From Thermoplasmatales archaeon (GTDB lineage Archaea; Thermoplasmatota; Thermoplasmata; Thermoplasmatales; GCA-001856825): DNA of 64,000 nucleotides. The number at the start of each line of letters is the position of its first letter. Position 1 is the first letter of the stretch. The notes below the pieces were generated by a model that saw only the letters and a program-made list of their open reading frames with translations, was not told where the DNA came from and made no database searches. The position numbers and the translations under genes are program-made. Positions 1 to 9,811 of the stretch are shown one piece after another. Location of the stretch: assembly GCA_027345195.1 (NCBI GenBank), contig DAHWIJ010000033.1, positions 12,860-76,859 on the forward strand. The letters are read 5' to 3'.

Positions 1-939
1 GAACTCCTTCTTTGCCACTCCCTTGCCATCGTGTCCTGCAATATCTGTTCCCTTGACATTTACGAGCATGAAATCCACTTCCCTCAGTCCCTCCACGGCA
101 GCTGAAAATTTCTTCTTGATGTTCGTGTCCGTCGATCCTGTCACGCCAGCAGGCGTATAATCTTTTAAGCCGACGAGCTTGCAGATTCCAGATACCAGAG
201 CCACTGCGGCAACAAAGCCACCCGTGAGGGAGTGTCTTTCCTTGAAACTCGGAAGGATTGGTACCTGACCCCCACCCCTATACAGGATTGCATTTGCTTC
301 CATGAGCCCTTTCCTCCTCCTCTCCTTGTTTATTTCATGATCCTTGAGGATAACAAGAGAGCGTCGGTAGAATTCGTTAAGGATTCTTGCTGTCTTTTCT
401 CCCTTTTCCGAGGTAGCAACTATTTTTTTAGGTTCTAAATTGTCTGAGTGAGGGTCGTTGTCAGAAACTTCGGTTGAAATGCCATTTCCCCTTAGCACCA
501 GGGCTCCTCTGTGCTCCGTACCCTCCTTGAAAAGAATCTCCACATCTTCAATCTTCATATTCAGGGACTTCGCTAGGTCTGATGTTCCTTCCCTGATTCT
601 TCCTGCTCTCCTATCTAGAACAATTCCAGATTCATCCACGGTAGCGAAATTTGCCCTGAAGGCAATGTCGCCTCCCTTCAATACAAGACCTGTACCCATA
701 GCCTCGAATGGACCCCTTCCCGTGTAATATTTGTACGGGTCGTAGCCGAGATAGTTGAGGTGTGAGGTGTCCGATCCAGGAATTATTCCTGGTTTTATAG
801 GGTCTATTAGACCAACCATACCTTCTTCTGCAAGTCTATTTATGTTTGGCTTTTCTGCTGCCTCCAAAGGCGTTTTACCACCAAGTTCCTTAACGGGTCT
901 GTCCCCAAGTCCGTCTGCAATTAACAGAAGAATCTTCAC
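1..939 (-). CDS. apgM: 2,3-bisphosphoglycerate-independent phosphoglycerate mutase, archaeal ApgM type (3' end runs off the window)
   Basis: Absent from the ORF track because it leaves the window. My reverse-strand translation from GTG (complement of 937-939) reads VKILLLIADGLGDRPVKELGGKTPLEAAEKPNINRLAEEGMVGLIDPIKPGIIPGSDTSHLNYLGYDPYKYYTGRGPFEAMGTG...DRRAGRI..., which is the ApgM N-terminal signature. The frame is open to position 1. The + strand ORFs at 232-967 are shadows of it. Confidence 0.85.
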   Translation of the reverse strand, partial: MKILLLIADGLGDRPVKELGGKTPLEAAEKPNINRLAEEGMVGLIDPIKPGIIPGSDTSHLNYLGYDPYKYYTGRGPFEAMGTGLVLKGGDIAFRANFATVDESGIVLDRRAGRIREGTSDLAKSLNMKIEDVEILFKEGTEHRGALVLRGNGISTEVSDNDPHSDNLEPKKIVATSEKGEKTARILNEFYRRSLVILKDHEINKERRRKGLMEANAILYRGGGQVPILPSFKERHSLTGGFVAAVALVSGICKLVGLKDYTPAGVTGSTDTNIKKKFSAAVEGLREVDFMLVNVKGTDIAGHDGKGVAKKEF

Positions 940-969
940 TTATTGTAATACCCTCTTTATAAAATAAAT

Positions 970-1701
970 TTACCGAAGAAACACCAATGCACCAATGCAA
1001 GTTGCAAATGAGACTGAAAGAAAATTGACAGAGTACTTCGTTAAATATCCCCTGTTCTCCAGCGTTTCTCCAAGAACGGAATCGAATAGGTTCCCGGCGA
1101 ACGCAATGAGGCCTGACATGAATGTAAGGTCAAGCATTGAAATGAGCGAAACGGAACCTAACACACCAAATATCACAAAACCAAGAATGGAAAAGAATAG
1201 GGGAAATATTAGGGAGACTATCGTTCCAAGGATGGATATCCCCCCATTGATTCCCGTTTCTGCAGGTTTAAGGGTTAGGATCATATAGGTTCCTTCATCC
1301 AGGGACCCTATCTCTGAGGCCGCCGTATCTGAAAGTATTGTTCCGAGAGCAACAATATACAGGAAAAAGACCACCTTTGGAGAGACTCCCCAGAAATTGA
1401 TCAGAGATACTGCGGCAGGAATAGCACCCGCTGCGAAGACATTCCTAGCCCCTCTCTCCCCCTTTATCCCTTCCTGCAGGCTCCAGCTTTTTTTCTTCTC
1501 AAATCCAGCAAGGGTTGATATATATGAAAGACCCAAGAACAGGAATAGCATTACGAAGTACAGCCACCCACCTCCTATTATGATGAGAGACCCTATGACA
1601 GCCGCGGTTATGGCCCCTTCCCTGCTGAAAGCTTTGATCTTGATACCTAGTATAAAGAGGAGAGGTATCGTGATTAGGAGGACTAGGTTGTATTCGTCCA
1701 T
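970..1701 (-). CDS. DUF92 (TMEM19/VTE6-like) integral membrane protein
   Basis: 243 aa and polytopic. The pattern FSREGAITAAVIG...GERGARNVFAAGAIPAAV plus a Gly-rich C-terminal half resembles the DUF92/TIGR00297 family. Confidence 0.55.
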   Translation of the reverse strand: MDEYNLVLLITIPLLFILGIKIKAFSREGAITAAVIGSLIIIGGGWLYFVMLFLFLGLSYISTLAGFEKKKSWSLQEGIKGERGARNVFAAGAIPAAVSLINFWGVSPKVVFFLYIVALGTILSDTAASEIGSLDEGTYMILTLKPAETGINGGISILGTIVSLIFPLFFSILGFVIFGVLGSVSLISMLDLTFMSGLIAFAGNLFDSVLGETLENRGYLTKYSVNFLSVSFATCIGALVFLR

Positions 1702-1840
1702 GCGCCTTTTGAAATCCTGATATTTTATAAATCGTTTGTTATTTGAACTTTTTGGACATCATTTACGTTTTCATCCTATCTTTAACCAATGTCACCAGGT
1801 TCCTGCAAAAGTTATATTACTCCTTTCACAATTTGCTTTG

Positions 1841-2581
1841 GTGCCAACAGAAGAAATCCGAAAGTGCATGGTCCATGGATACTACAGGGGTAGAAATTGC
1901 CCCTCGTGCGGTGAGGAGGGAAAGTTCGTTCTCTCTGACGAAGAAGTGGACATGCTAGGGAGAATCATAACAGGGATATTAAGGCACAAACCAGAGAAGT
2001 ACCATCTTGAAATATCAGACAGGGGCTACGTAAACATAGACGAGATGGTACAGGAAATACGTTTTTACTACAGAAGGTTTCACTTCGTCGGACCCTCCCA
2101 CATATTTGCCATTGTCCTCACTGACCAGAAAGGGAGATACCAGCTCACCGAAAACAAGAGGTATCTCAGAGCCACCTACGGGCACTCAATTGATGTAGAC
2201 CTTACCGATCTACCCACAGATGGGATACCGGAAATTCTCTATTACCCGACCAACAGGGAGGAATTTGAGATACTCAAGGAAAATGGAATTCTACCATCAG
2301 ACAGAAGATGGATCCATCTCTCCAGTTCCAAGGAGAAAGCATATATCGCAGGTCTTTACCACTTCGATGTTCCTCTCGTAATCCCGATAAAAAGCGATAA
2401 TATCTTAGACACCGGTGAAAGCATATACCACGCAGGGCAGGAGGTTTTCATCTGCAAATTTGTTCCACCAGATAGTATGCTTGAGCCAGAGGAGTATGAA
2501 GGCAAAATTGACGAGAAAACTTTGGAAGAAATAAAAGTCTCAAAAGAAAGAAAGATGAGAAGCAAGCAAGAGGGCTGGTAG
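1841..2581 (+). CDS. kptA: RNA 2'-phosphotransferase (KptA/Tpt1 family) with an N-terminal C-x2-H-x8-C-x2-C knuckle
   Basis: Motifs GRIITGILRHKPEKYHLEISDRGYVNIDEMV, LRATYGHSIDV and WIHLSSSKEKAY. The track ORF starts at 1736. I prefer GTG 1841, which sits about 25 nt downstream of TATA-like GTTATATTA and keeps Cys44 of the knuckle. ATG 1868 is the alternative. Stop TAG is at 2579-2581. Confidence 0.8.
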   Translation: MPTEEIRKCMVHGYYRGRNCPSCGEEGKFVLSDEEVDMLGRIITGILRHKPEKYHLEISDRGYVNIDEMVQEIRFYYRRFHFVGPSHIFAIVLTDQKGRYQLTENKRYLRATYGHSIDVDLTDLPTDGIPEILYYPTNREEFEILKENGILPSDRRWIHLSSSKEKAYIAGLYHFDVPLVIPIKSDNILDTGESIYHAGQEVFICKFVPPDSMLEPEEYEGKIDEKTLEEIKVSKERKMRSKQEGW

Positions 2582-2643
2582 ATCAGCGGAAGATCGCCTG
2601 CTTTGCAAGCAGGAGGTCCGGGGTTCAAATCCCCGCCAGTCCA
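2572..2643 (+). tRNA. tRNA-Ala (anticodon UGC)
   Basis: Cloverleaf folded by eye. Acceptor GGGCTGG/CCAGTCC carries the Ala identity pair G3:U70. Anticodon arm is CCTGC-TTTGCAA-GCAGG and the T arm is CCGGGGTTCAAATCCCCG. Discriminator is A. No encoded CCA and no intron. Confidence 0.9.
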
Positions 2644-2710
2644 TCGAAGATTTGTTGGTCAGGAGAATGCAGCGAACGGATAACCCTTGCCACCATTGGT
2701 CCAACACCCA

Positions 2711-3262
2711 TCACAAAATATCCTTTGAACTTATGACTTTTGCAAATTCTTCGTTTATTGATGCAAGGTTAACCTTGTGCACTAAGCCAGCTGCGATCCT
2801 GTTCCCTTCCGGGTCTACCCTGTCGAAGGTTGCACATCCATCTTCTATTACATGGCTCCTAAACCCAAGGTTACCAGACATCCTTGCCGTGGTGCTTACG
2901 CAGTGGTCTGTTACAAAACCAACATAGAACACCTGCGGATCTTTCATCTTTCGAAGAATTGACTCGAGATTCGTGCCTATAAAAGCACTATTCACATGTT
3001 TCGTAATGACGAGCTCATTTGAAGCTGGTTCAGCTTCCTCTATAAACTCGAATGTAGGTTTACCCTCTCTGAAGAGCGATGCCGGGTTAGAGGATTCGTG
3101 CCTAACGTGAATTATTCTGAGCCTTCTATTCCTAAAGGTGACAATAAGTTTATTGATCACTTTTTCCGCATAAGGATTGTTCCTTTTGCCGATCTCAGGC
3201 TCTAACCATGCCTTCTGAGCATCTATCACAACCAGAACTGCACCCTTTTCCAATTTTGTCAT
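2711..3262 (-). CDS. Isochorismatase-family cysteine hydrolase
   Basis: AVLVVIDAQKAW near the N-terminus and GFVTDHCVSTTARM, the catalytic Cys motif. Confidence 0.8.
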   Translation of the reverse strand: MTKLEKGAVLVVIDAQKAWLEPEIGKRNNPYAEKVINKLIVTFRNRRLRIIHVRHESSNPASLFREGKPTFEFIEEAEPASNELVITKHVNSAFIGTNLESILRKMKDPQVFYVGFVTDHCVSTTARMSGNLGFRSHVIEDGCATFDRVDPEGNRIAAGLVHKVNLASINEEFAKVISSKDIL

Positions 3263-3398
3263 CTTAGCCAGCAGATTTAGATTGTCTATTAATATTGTGA
3301 CCCACCTTACATTTCATTCCAAGAACTTGTATTCGCTCATTAAATAGTTGAGATAAACTATTAAATTCCCAGAATCTCTCCCCCCACTGTGCTTCCTT

Positions 3399-3483
3399 GC
3401 CAGGGTAGCCTAGTCCGGCCAAGGCGATAGATTCGAGATCTATTGCTCGAGAGAGCTCGGGAGTTCAAATCTCCCCCCTGGCG
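3399..3483 (+). tRNA. tRNA-Ser (anticodon CGA)
   Basis: Acceptor GCCAGGG/CCCTGGC+G. Anticodon arm ATAGA-TTCGAGA-TCTAT. Long variable arm GCTCGAGAGAGC. T arm GGGAGTTCAAATCTCCC. Confidence 0.9.
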
Positions 3484-3746
3484 TAAATCAAAAGCCGTGA
3501 CTTTTCAATCGTATAAAGGGAAAATAGGATTATTTTATTTGCAGTTAGATTACCCGTTTGGACTGAATCAAATAACTACAAATGCAGATCATTATGCGGA
3601 ATTTTATAATTAGATTGTAGAATTGCGCCTGTGACCTAAGTATCTGCGGATTGTCGGAAATCTGGAAATGTACCAAAATAGTGATATGAGTGTATGGCAA
3701 GTAGACAAGCTCTTAAATTTCATCCCGACCTTGGTATTTGGGAGAC

Positions 3747-4499
3747 TCATGTCTTCCCGGCATAGAACATGTCGATCAGGCCGGATATTGAAGAATATAC
3801 CAATTTCGATATTTCAGAACCCAGGTCTGTTCCGGTACCTGCATATCTGTATTCCTCTCCCTGAACGAAACTCACGATTGCAGTAACGTCAGTGATAGTA
3901 CCTGTGGCTAATTTTTCAGAATACCTGCTCTTGATGTTTTTACTCATTAGCGAATATGCCTTCGCTTCGACTGAAGTCTTGAATGCATCAACATACGCTT
4001 CACCTGTTAGTTTGAAATCCGTCAGAATTATGGTATTTATTGTACCGTAAACGACCTTTCCGGAATACGAAAGACCGTCAAGTGGAGATGCTGCATTATC
4101 GAGACCTAGAGAGATGAAGCAATGTGTGTGCTCTGCTCTGACGTACGCAAAGGCCTCAGGATTAACGGCCGTAAGTAGTCCTACGGTTTCTCCTGGCTTT
4201 GCCTCCAGTCCCTCCACTATCTTTAGGAGATACTCTGCTGGCTTTCCATCGCAATCCTCTTTTCCATAGAGCGAATAATTGATAATAGCAGAGCACCTTT
4301 TCAACCCGCCATTTAAAGAGGCATTGCTCAGGCATCCCGTGCTACTCGTTTTAATAAGAAGAAAATCACGGTACATTTTGGCTGAAAAGAACTCTCCTTC
4401 AATTGTTTGGTTCTTTTTTAACAAGGTCAACACATCCCTTTGAAGGATGCCGTTCATATAAGCTTTGATATGAATTCGACTAAATTCCAGATGCTTCAT
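3747..4499 (-). CDS. cbiZ: Adenosylcobinamide amidohydrolase (CbiZ-like)
   Basis: 250 aa with YGTINTIILTD, SVEAKAYSL and ATGTITDVTAIV, which match my memory of PF01955 conserved blocks. The same window holds the corrinoid salvage genes. Confidence 0.65.
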   Translation of the reverse strand: MKHLEFSRIHIKAYMNGILQRDVLTLLKKNQTIEGEFFSAKMYRDFLLIKTSSTGCLSNASLNGGLKRCSAIINYSLYGKEDCDGKPAEYLLKIVEGLEAKPGETVGLLTAVNPEAFAYVRAEHTHCFISLGLDNAASPLDGLSYSGKVVYGTINTIILTDFKLTGEAYVDAFKTSVEAKAYSLMSKNIKSRYSEKLATGTITDVTAIVSFVQGEEYRYAGTGTDLGSEISKLVYSSISGLIDMFYAGKT

Positions 4500-4844
4500 T
4501 CAATTCAACTGAACAAATATCCTCACCGGGGGAAATAGATTGGATACTTTTCCAATAACAAAAAATCGCAACACCAAAAATCACCATTTGGGGGCTACTG
4601 GAGGTCCGATTTCCTTGAGGGAACACGGTATTACCTCTGAACCTTGGGTTTACTAATATGGCCTGCTTCACTCCTTCAACTTATAAACTGAGATTACTTC
4701 ATAAAATTCTTAAATTGAGCGCCTTGATTTACTGCGTCATTTACATAGAACCACTTCATATTACTACCCAGCATATGAAAGCTACAAATTAGACGATACT
4801 GTTTAAAACGAAACATTAATGAATATAAATGAACTATAGTCTCC

Positions 4845-6197
4845 GTGAATCCAAAGGATAGAGCGATATTCCTGGATCAGGATGAAATTCCAAAGAGCTG
4901 GTACAACATCCAGGCCGACCTTCCTGAACCGCTGCCACCTCCGCTGGATCCTGAGACTCGAGAACCGGTAAATCCTAATAAACTAACCAGAATATTTGCA
5001 AAGCAGTTAGTTTTACAGGAGGTGTCCAGAGAAAGATATATCAATATACCAGAGGAGATCAGGGAAGCCTACAAATGGCTTCCAAGACCTTCCCCCTTAT
5101 ATAGAGCCTACGGACTTGAGCGATTCCTAAAGACTCCTGCAAGAATATATTACAAGTGGGAAGGTGTTAACCCAGCCGGAAGCCATAAACCTAATACCGC
5201 CTTGGCCCAGGCATATTACAACGCAAAGGAAGGGGTCCAAACCTTGACTACAGAAACGGGAGCCGGTCAGTGGGGTTCTGCTCTGGCGATGTCAGCTGCT
5301 TATTTCGGCCTCAAGGCAAGAGTTTATATGGTTTCGGCCAGCTACAGACAAAAACCAGGTCGAAAGATAATGATGGAAACCTGGGGGGCAACATGCTACT
5401 CGTCCCCAAGCAGTAACACAGAGTATGGCAGGAAACTCCTCGAAGAAGATCCGGAAAACCCGGGTTCTCTCGGAATTGCAATCTCAGAGGCCATTGAAGA
5501 CGCGCTGACTCACGAAAACACAAAATATTCCTTGGGGTCCGTGCTTAACCACGTACTTCTTCATCAGACGGTAATCGGTCAGGAGGTTGAAAGACAACTC
5601 GAATTAGTGGACGAAGTCCCAGACGTAATTGTAGGGAATATAGGCGGGGGATCAAACTTCGGTGGTTTTTCACTCCCATTCATGGGAAAGAAACTGAATG
5701 GAAAACTAAATGCTAGATTCGTTGCCTGTGAATCGTCTGCAGTTCCGCACACCACCAAAGGCAAGTACACATACGATTTTGGCGATACGGGTCATCTAAC
5801 TCCCTTGCTGAAGATGCTCACACTTGGAAGCGACTATAAAAATCCTCCCATACATGCAGGAGGTCTGCGGTACCACGGTATGTCCCCCATAATATCTTAT
5901 CTGATAGAGAATGGCTATATGGAATCTTATGCATACCCGCAGAATGCGGTATTCGAGGCTGGAACCATATTTGCCAGAAGCGAGGGCATCATTCCTGCCC
6001 CTGAGTCCGCCCATGAGATTAGATTCGTCATTGACGAGGCCCTTAGATGTAAGAGGGAGAACAAAGAAGAGGTAATCATTTTCAACAATTCAGGGCATGG
6101 ACTGCTGGATCTTTCGGCATACGATCTCTACAACAACAAGAAGCTAGAAGACTGGGAACCACAGAAGATCAACTACCCTAGTCTCGTGCAAAATTGA
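4845..6197 (+). CDS. trpB2: TrpB2-type tryptophan synthase beta-like PLP enzyme
   Basis: 450 aa with the long N-terminal extension typical of TrpB2. Contains [23 protein letters not shown] (PLP lysine) and [14 protein letters not shown] start. No trpA or other trp genes nearby. Confidence 0.85.
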   Translation: MNPKDRAIFLDQDEIPKSWYNIQADLPEPLPPPLDPETREPVNPNKLTRIFAKQLVLQEVSRERYINIPEEIREAYKWLPRPSPLYRAYGLERFLKTPARIYYKWEGVNPAGSHKPNTALAQAYYNAKEGVQTLTTETGAGQWGSALAMSAAYFGLKARVYMVSASYRQKPGRKIMMETWGATCYSSPSSNTEYGRKLLEEDPENPGSLGIAISEAIEDALTHENTKYSLGSVLNHVLLHQTVIGQEVERQLELVDEVPDVIVGNIGGGSNFGGFSLPFMGKKLNGKLNARFVACESSAVPHTTKGKYTYDFGDTGHLTPLLKMLTLGSDYKNPPIHAGGLRYHGMSPIISYLIENGYMESYAYPQNAVFEAGTIFARSEGIIPAPESAHEIRFVIDEALRCKRENKEEVIIFNNSGHGLLDLSAYDLYNNKKLEDWEPQKINYPSLVQN

Positions 6198-6296
6198 GAA
6201 GGTTATGGAACGCACTCCTTCCAATATCGAGAATTGGGGTTTCCCCCCATACAATGGAATTCACCTGATTTGGAAAGGAGAGGAGGGCTGTAAGAG

Positions 6297-7457
6297 ATGA
6301 TTGTCAGAGGGTTCTCCCCTTATGTATTCAACGGCGAGGTTGGTAATTTTGTATCTCCACCGACAGACATGGTGTCAAAGACTGAAGTCACAGCACTTTC
6401 CTCCCGTGGGGACAATGTGGCCGATATAACTTTCGGAGATGATCCATTTGGGAAGTTGAATGCCCTTGTTCAAAGCAAAAGCATTATTGGCCTTGGTTCT
6501 GATATAATGCTCCTACTCAAGCAGGATTTCTTGCGGAATGGCAAAAACTCTACCAGGATCGGCTTGATATGTACTGTGGATCTTGAAGGAAAGGAGAGCA
6601 GTTTGATACCCCACGAATCCACAATCAGAGAATTCGTTGACCAGAGGAAAAATTTCCTGAGAATGACAGGCGCGCAAGTGGAACCAGTGTTCCTGACTGT
6701 CAGTGGGACAACCATCGAAAGCTATCTCCTAAGCTTATTGCCAGGGAGGGAGAAGTTATTCTCATTCGATGACTCGGCGGGAGTGAAAAACTCGGTCTAC
6801 ATTTTGGACGATGGGACCAGAATTCGCGAGATTTCGAAGCTTCTTATTAAAGCCAAGGGCATTATTGCAGACGGGCATCATAGAGTCAAGGCACTAACCG
6901 AGATAAATAACGAAAGGAAGATGTTGGGCCTTAAACCTATACCTTTACTCTCTTACATAACAAGTCTGGATAGCAACTCCATTGAAATTACGGGCATACA
7001 CAAGTTGATAAGGAAAGAAAATAAAGACATAATGAAGAGGATAAAATCAGGTTTCAGAATGAGAGAAAGACCTTCTTACTCCTCAAAAGGAAATGTTGTT
7101 TTCTACGACGGCACTTTCAGAGAAATAAGGCCTACCCAGCTTACTGTGAGGATCCTGAGGAGTATCGGAATATACCCCGAAACCCCAGCAGATTATTTCC
7201 AATTTGCTCTGATGGGGGTTCAAACGAAGGATAGCGTTACCCAACATCAAGAAAAAATGATCGCATATACCCCCTATGAGGATAGGGCGATGTTAGAAGT
7301 GGATAGGGGTTCGGCAAAGGCAGCAGTCCTCATGCCTTCTTGGGAGAAGGAGATGTTCAGGAAGGTTGTGTCTTCTGGAAGGGTCCTCCCCCCCAAATCT
7401 ACCTTTTTTTACCCCAAGATTTTTGCAGGAATTGTCATGTCCATAAACAGAGATTAG
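6297..7457 (+). CDS. DUF1015 family protein
   Basis: 386 aa with the family hallmark IIADGHHRVKAL. SD-like GGAGAGGAGGG lies just upstream of the ATG. Confidence 0.7.
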   Translation: MIVRGFSPYVFNGEVGNFVSPPTDMVSKTEVTALSSRGDNVADITFGDDPFGKLNALVQSKSIIGLGSDIMLLLKQDFLRNGKNSTRIGLICTVDLEGKESSLIPHESTIREFVDQRKNFLRMTGAQVEPVFLTVSGTTIESYLLSLLPGREKLFSFDDSAGVKNSVYILDDGTRIREISKLLIKAKGIIADGHHRVKALTEINNERKMLGLKPIPLLSYITSLDSNSIEITGIHKLIRKENKDIMKRIKSGFRMRERPSYSSKGNVVFYDGTFREIRPTQLTVRILRSIGIYPETPADYFQFALMGVQTKDSVTQHQEKMIAYTPYEDRAMLEVDRGSAKAAVLMPSWEKEMFRKVVSSGRVLPPKSTFFYPKIFAGIVMSINRD

Positions 7458-7778
7458 CAATGATAATTGTTGTTCATGTTTCCCATTGCATCTATCAAAA
7501 CATAGACTAGCCGCCTCCCAATCACAAACATTGGCAGAGCAGGATGGAAACTGTCATCTTACCACAGAACACGATTTTTTCACATTTTGCTTACAGTTTA
7601 TATTAAGTCCTTAAATAACCGCGTTCCGTGACGGAAAGGTGACTTCATTCTTGTTGAAATTGCGCCTCCTCAATATAAAAGTTAATCTTATAATCAGAAA
7701 CAGTCCTTTTGAGAGGTCTGAAATGATTTCCTTAGGGACGGGAAAGAGTAAAATACGGTGATAATTTTCCCTTCATCT

Positions 7779-7851
7779 GCCACCGTAGCTCAGTCGGAAG
7801 AGCAGCTGATTTGTAATCAGCAGGTCGGGGGCTCGATTCCCTCCGGTGGCT
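7779..7851 (+). tRNA. tRNA-Thr (anticodon UGU)
   Basis: Acceptor GCCACCG/CGGTGGC+T. D arm TAGCTCAGTCGGAAGAGC. Anticodon arm GCTGA-TTTGTAA-TCAGC. T arm GGGGGCTCGATTCCCTC. Confidence 0.9.
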
Positions 7852-7854
7852 TCC

Positions 7855-9219
7855 TTAGTAGTGGTCCGCTTCTTTCGTCTCAAGGCTATTCAACATATGA
7901 ATGCCGTCATACCATTTCCGGAACATCGCCCTTCCAAATGACGAAAGTAGGACTGACGCAAGGATTATTGCACCGAACAGAATAATGGATGCCCTCGCAG
8001 GACTTCCTGGAGAGAGATCGGCCATAGTAGAGAATACGACTGTAATTCCCATGATCGCGACTGATAAGAGAGCAATGATAGAACCCCTTGTCTCCCTTGT
8101 CTTTATCGTCATTTTCAATAGTGAAAAACCTCCTATCACCTGAATGGTCATGTAAGAGAACGACACGACCGCAGCAATTGCCACAAACCCCATAAAATTC
8201 CCAAGAAAGAAGTTGGCTACTAGTATCACTGCCGTCTCAAGAATTAAAAAGACCAGTATCGGTCTTCTCCTTGCAGTGACAATTCTTGCCAGGATACCAT
8301 CATCTCCCATCCTTCTGATTTCGTTCAGGACTGAATTGGAATATGCAACACATAAGTTCATGGAGCTTAAGACGGCAAGAGCTGCAAAGAGGGCGTATAC
8401 CCCTTTTCCGAAAGCAACTTGAACTGACTTGCCAATATAAAATGGATCGGATGAATAAGCAGAAATGCCCTTTAGGCCCAGAAAGGCAAGTATGGAAAAA
8501 GCGGAGATGACGAGCAAAATGCCAGTCGCTATATAGGAGTAGACTAATGCTTTGGGAACGACAAACCTGCTCTTCCTTGTATTTTCGGAAAGATACACCG
8601 GAGACTCCATACCTGCAAATGCGAGTATTCCAAAGACAACTCCACTAAACACTGAATATACCCCCGATAGATTAGTTGGAATGACAGAGAAAGATAAGGT
8701 TGTCTCGTTTCGAAGGAACAAAACGTCAAGAGCTATGACAAAAAATAGTTCCATTATTCCAGCTGCCACGGTGTACTTTATGGATCGTCCGAGCCCTTGG
8801 TATATAATCCCTAAAAGAACAAGCAGGAATATAAGCGGTATCAGATAACTTAGCATCCCAGAAAGACTTCTACCCAGCGGAATAAGATGCAGTAAGAAGA
8901 ATGAGGCAAACAAGGCAATGTTTGGTATTACGAGGAGGGCATATGCGGCGTATACAATGGAAATGAATATTCCCGCTCCCTTTCCTAGTATCCTACCTGC
9001 GAATAGATAATACCCACCATTCGATTGGTACCGTCTTGAAAGATTCCAGACAACGTATACCGCTGTCATTGCGGTAAAAAAAGAAATCAGCATTACGACC
9101 CCCAAGTAAGGACCTGAATAAACTGCTATTGCTGAGAATAGTGCTACTATGTCCAGCATAGGTCCTATGGAGGTGAACGACTGCATGAAGGAGCCTGAAA
9201 ATGTTACTCTCTGTTCCAC
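7855..9219 (-). CDS. APC-superfamily amino acid/polyamine permease
   Basis: 454 aa, about 12 predicted TM helices, Gly-rich N-terminal helices typical of the APC fold. Paralogous in layout to 19624-20964. Confidence 0.7.
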   Translation of the reverse strand: MEQRVTFSGSFMQSFTSIGPMLDIVALFSAIAVYSGPYLGVVMLISFFTAMTAVYVVWNLSRRYQSNGGYYLFAGRILGKGAGIFISIVYAAYALLVIPNIALFASFFLLHLIPLGRSLSGMLSYLIPLIFLLVLLGIIYQGLGRSIKYTVAAGIMELFFVIALDVLFLRNETTLSFSVIPTNLSGVYSVFSGVVFGILAFAGMESPVYLSENTRKSRFVVPKALVYSYIATGILLVISAFSILAFLGLKGISAYSSDPFYIGKSVQVAFGKGVYALFAALAVLSSMNLCVAYSNSVLNEIRRMGDDGILARIVTARRRPILVFLILETAVILVANFFLGNFMGFVAIAAVVSFSYMTIQVIGGFSLLKMTIKTRETRGSIIALLSVAIMGITVVFSTMADLSPGSPARASIILFGAIILASVLLSSFGRAMFRKWYDGIHMLNSLETKEADHY

Positions 9220-9660
9220 TACGCGTTGAGTTATGCCAGAGTAATAGTGTTTTCTGTGCGTAGTTTTAGCATTTAAATGAGATCCAATTGCAGGTTAGTT
9301 CTCACCTATAATCTTGTCTTTTGGCACGGTAACGACTAGCTCTCAAATCCTATTCGATTTCTTTCCGCGATTTATTCCCTTGAATATCCCTCAAATTTTC
9401 AGTTGAAAGGTAAATCCCCTAACAAGCTTCGAGCATGCAATTAGTTATATTCTCGCGCTCTCAAACAGCCCATGTAGGGTGAGGCACAAAGATATGAAAG
9501 AGTGTATCGCTAGGAGGGGTGCTAATTAATTTACAATTATCACGTTATGACTACCCTTTAGCATTCTATGACTGCATCAAAAATTGTGCTCTGCTTGTAA
9601 TGATATACCGCCGGATTCTCTCATGGAAGATAATTTATATAGAGTGTTAATTACGAACGA

Positions 9661-9810
9661 ATGCCTTTCAAGGAAGCGACAGAGAGAATATTCAACAAGA
9701 AAATCTGCATGCACTGCTACGCCTCGAACCCCATAAGGTCTACAACATGCAGAAAGTGCGGGAGCCATGAGCTTAGGATGAAGGCCAGGGAAAAGAGAGG
9801 GGGACAGTAG
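9661..9810 (+). CDS. rpl40e: 50S ribosomal protein L40e
   Basis: Missing from the ORF track because it is under 60 aa. My translation is [49 protein letters not shown], a C-x2-C...C-x2-C zinc ribbon typical of L40e. The 63-aa minus ORF 9577-9768 is its shadow. Confidence 0.85.
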   Translation: MPFKEATERIFNKKICMHCYASNPIRSTTCRKCGSHELRMKAREKRGGQ

Positions 9811-9811
9811 A

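Noticed and set aside
232-967. Three + strand ORFs (68, 89 and 70 aa) at the left edge of the window.
   Set aside because: They have low-complexity Pro/Ser/Phe-rich translations. They lie entirely antisense to a continuous open frame that translates into a textbook ApgM N-terminus, so they are shadow ORFs.
3626-3636. Shared 10-mer AATTGCGCCT near 3626 and 7661, both in spacers adjacent to tRNA genes, considered as a possible att-like repeat.
   Set aside because: A 10-nt match between two sites in 64 kb is expected by chance many times over. No integrase, no tRNA 3'-end duplication and no foreign-looking genes lie between them.
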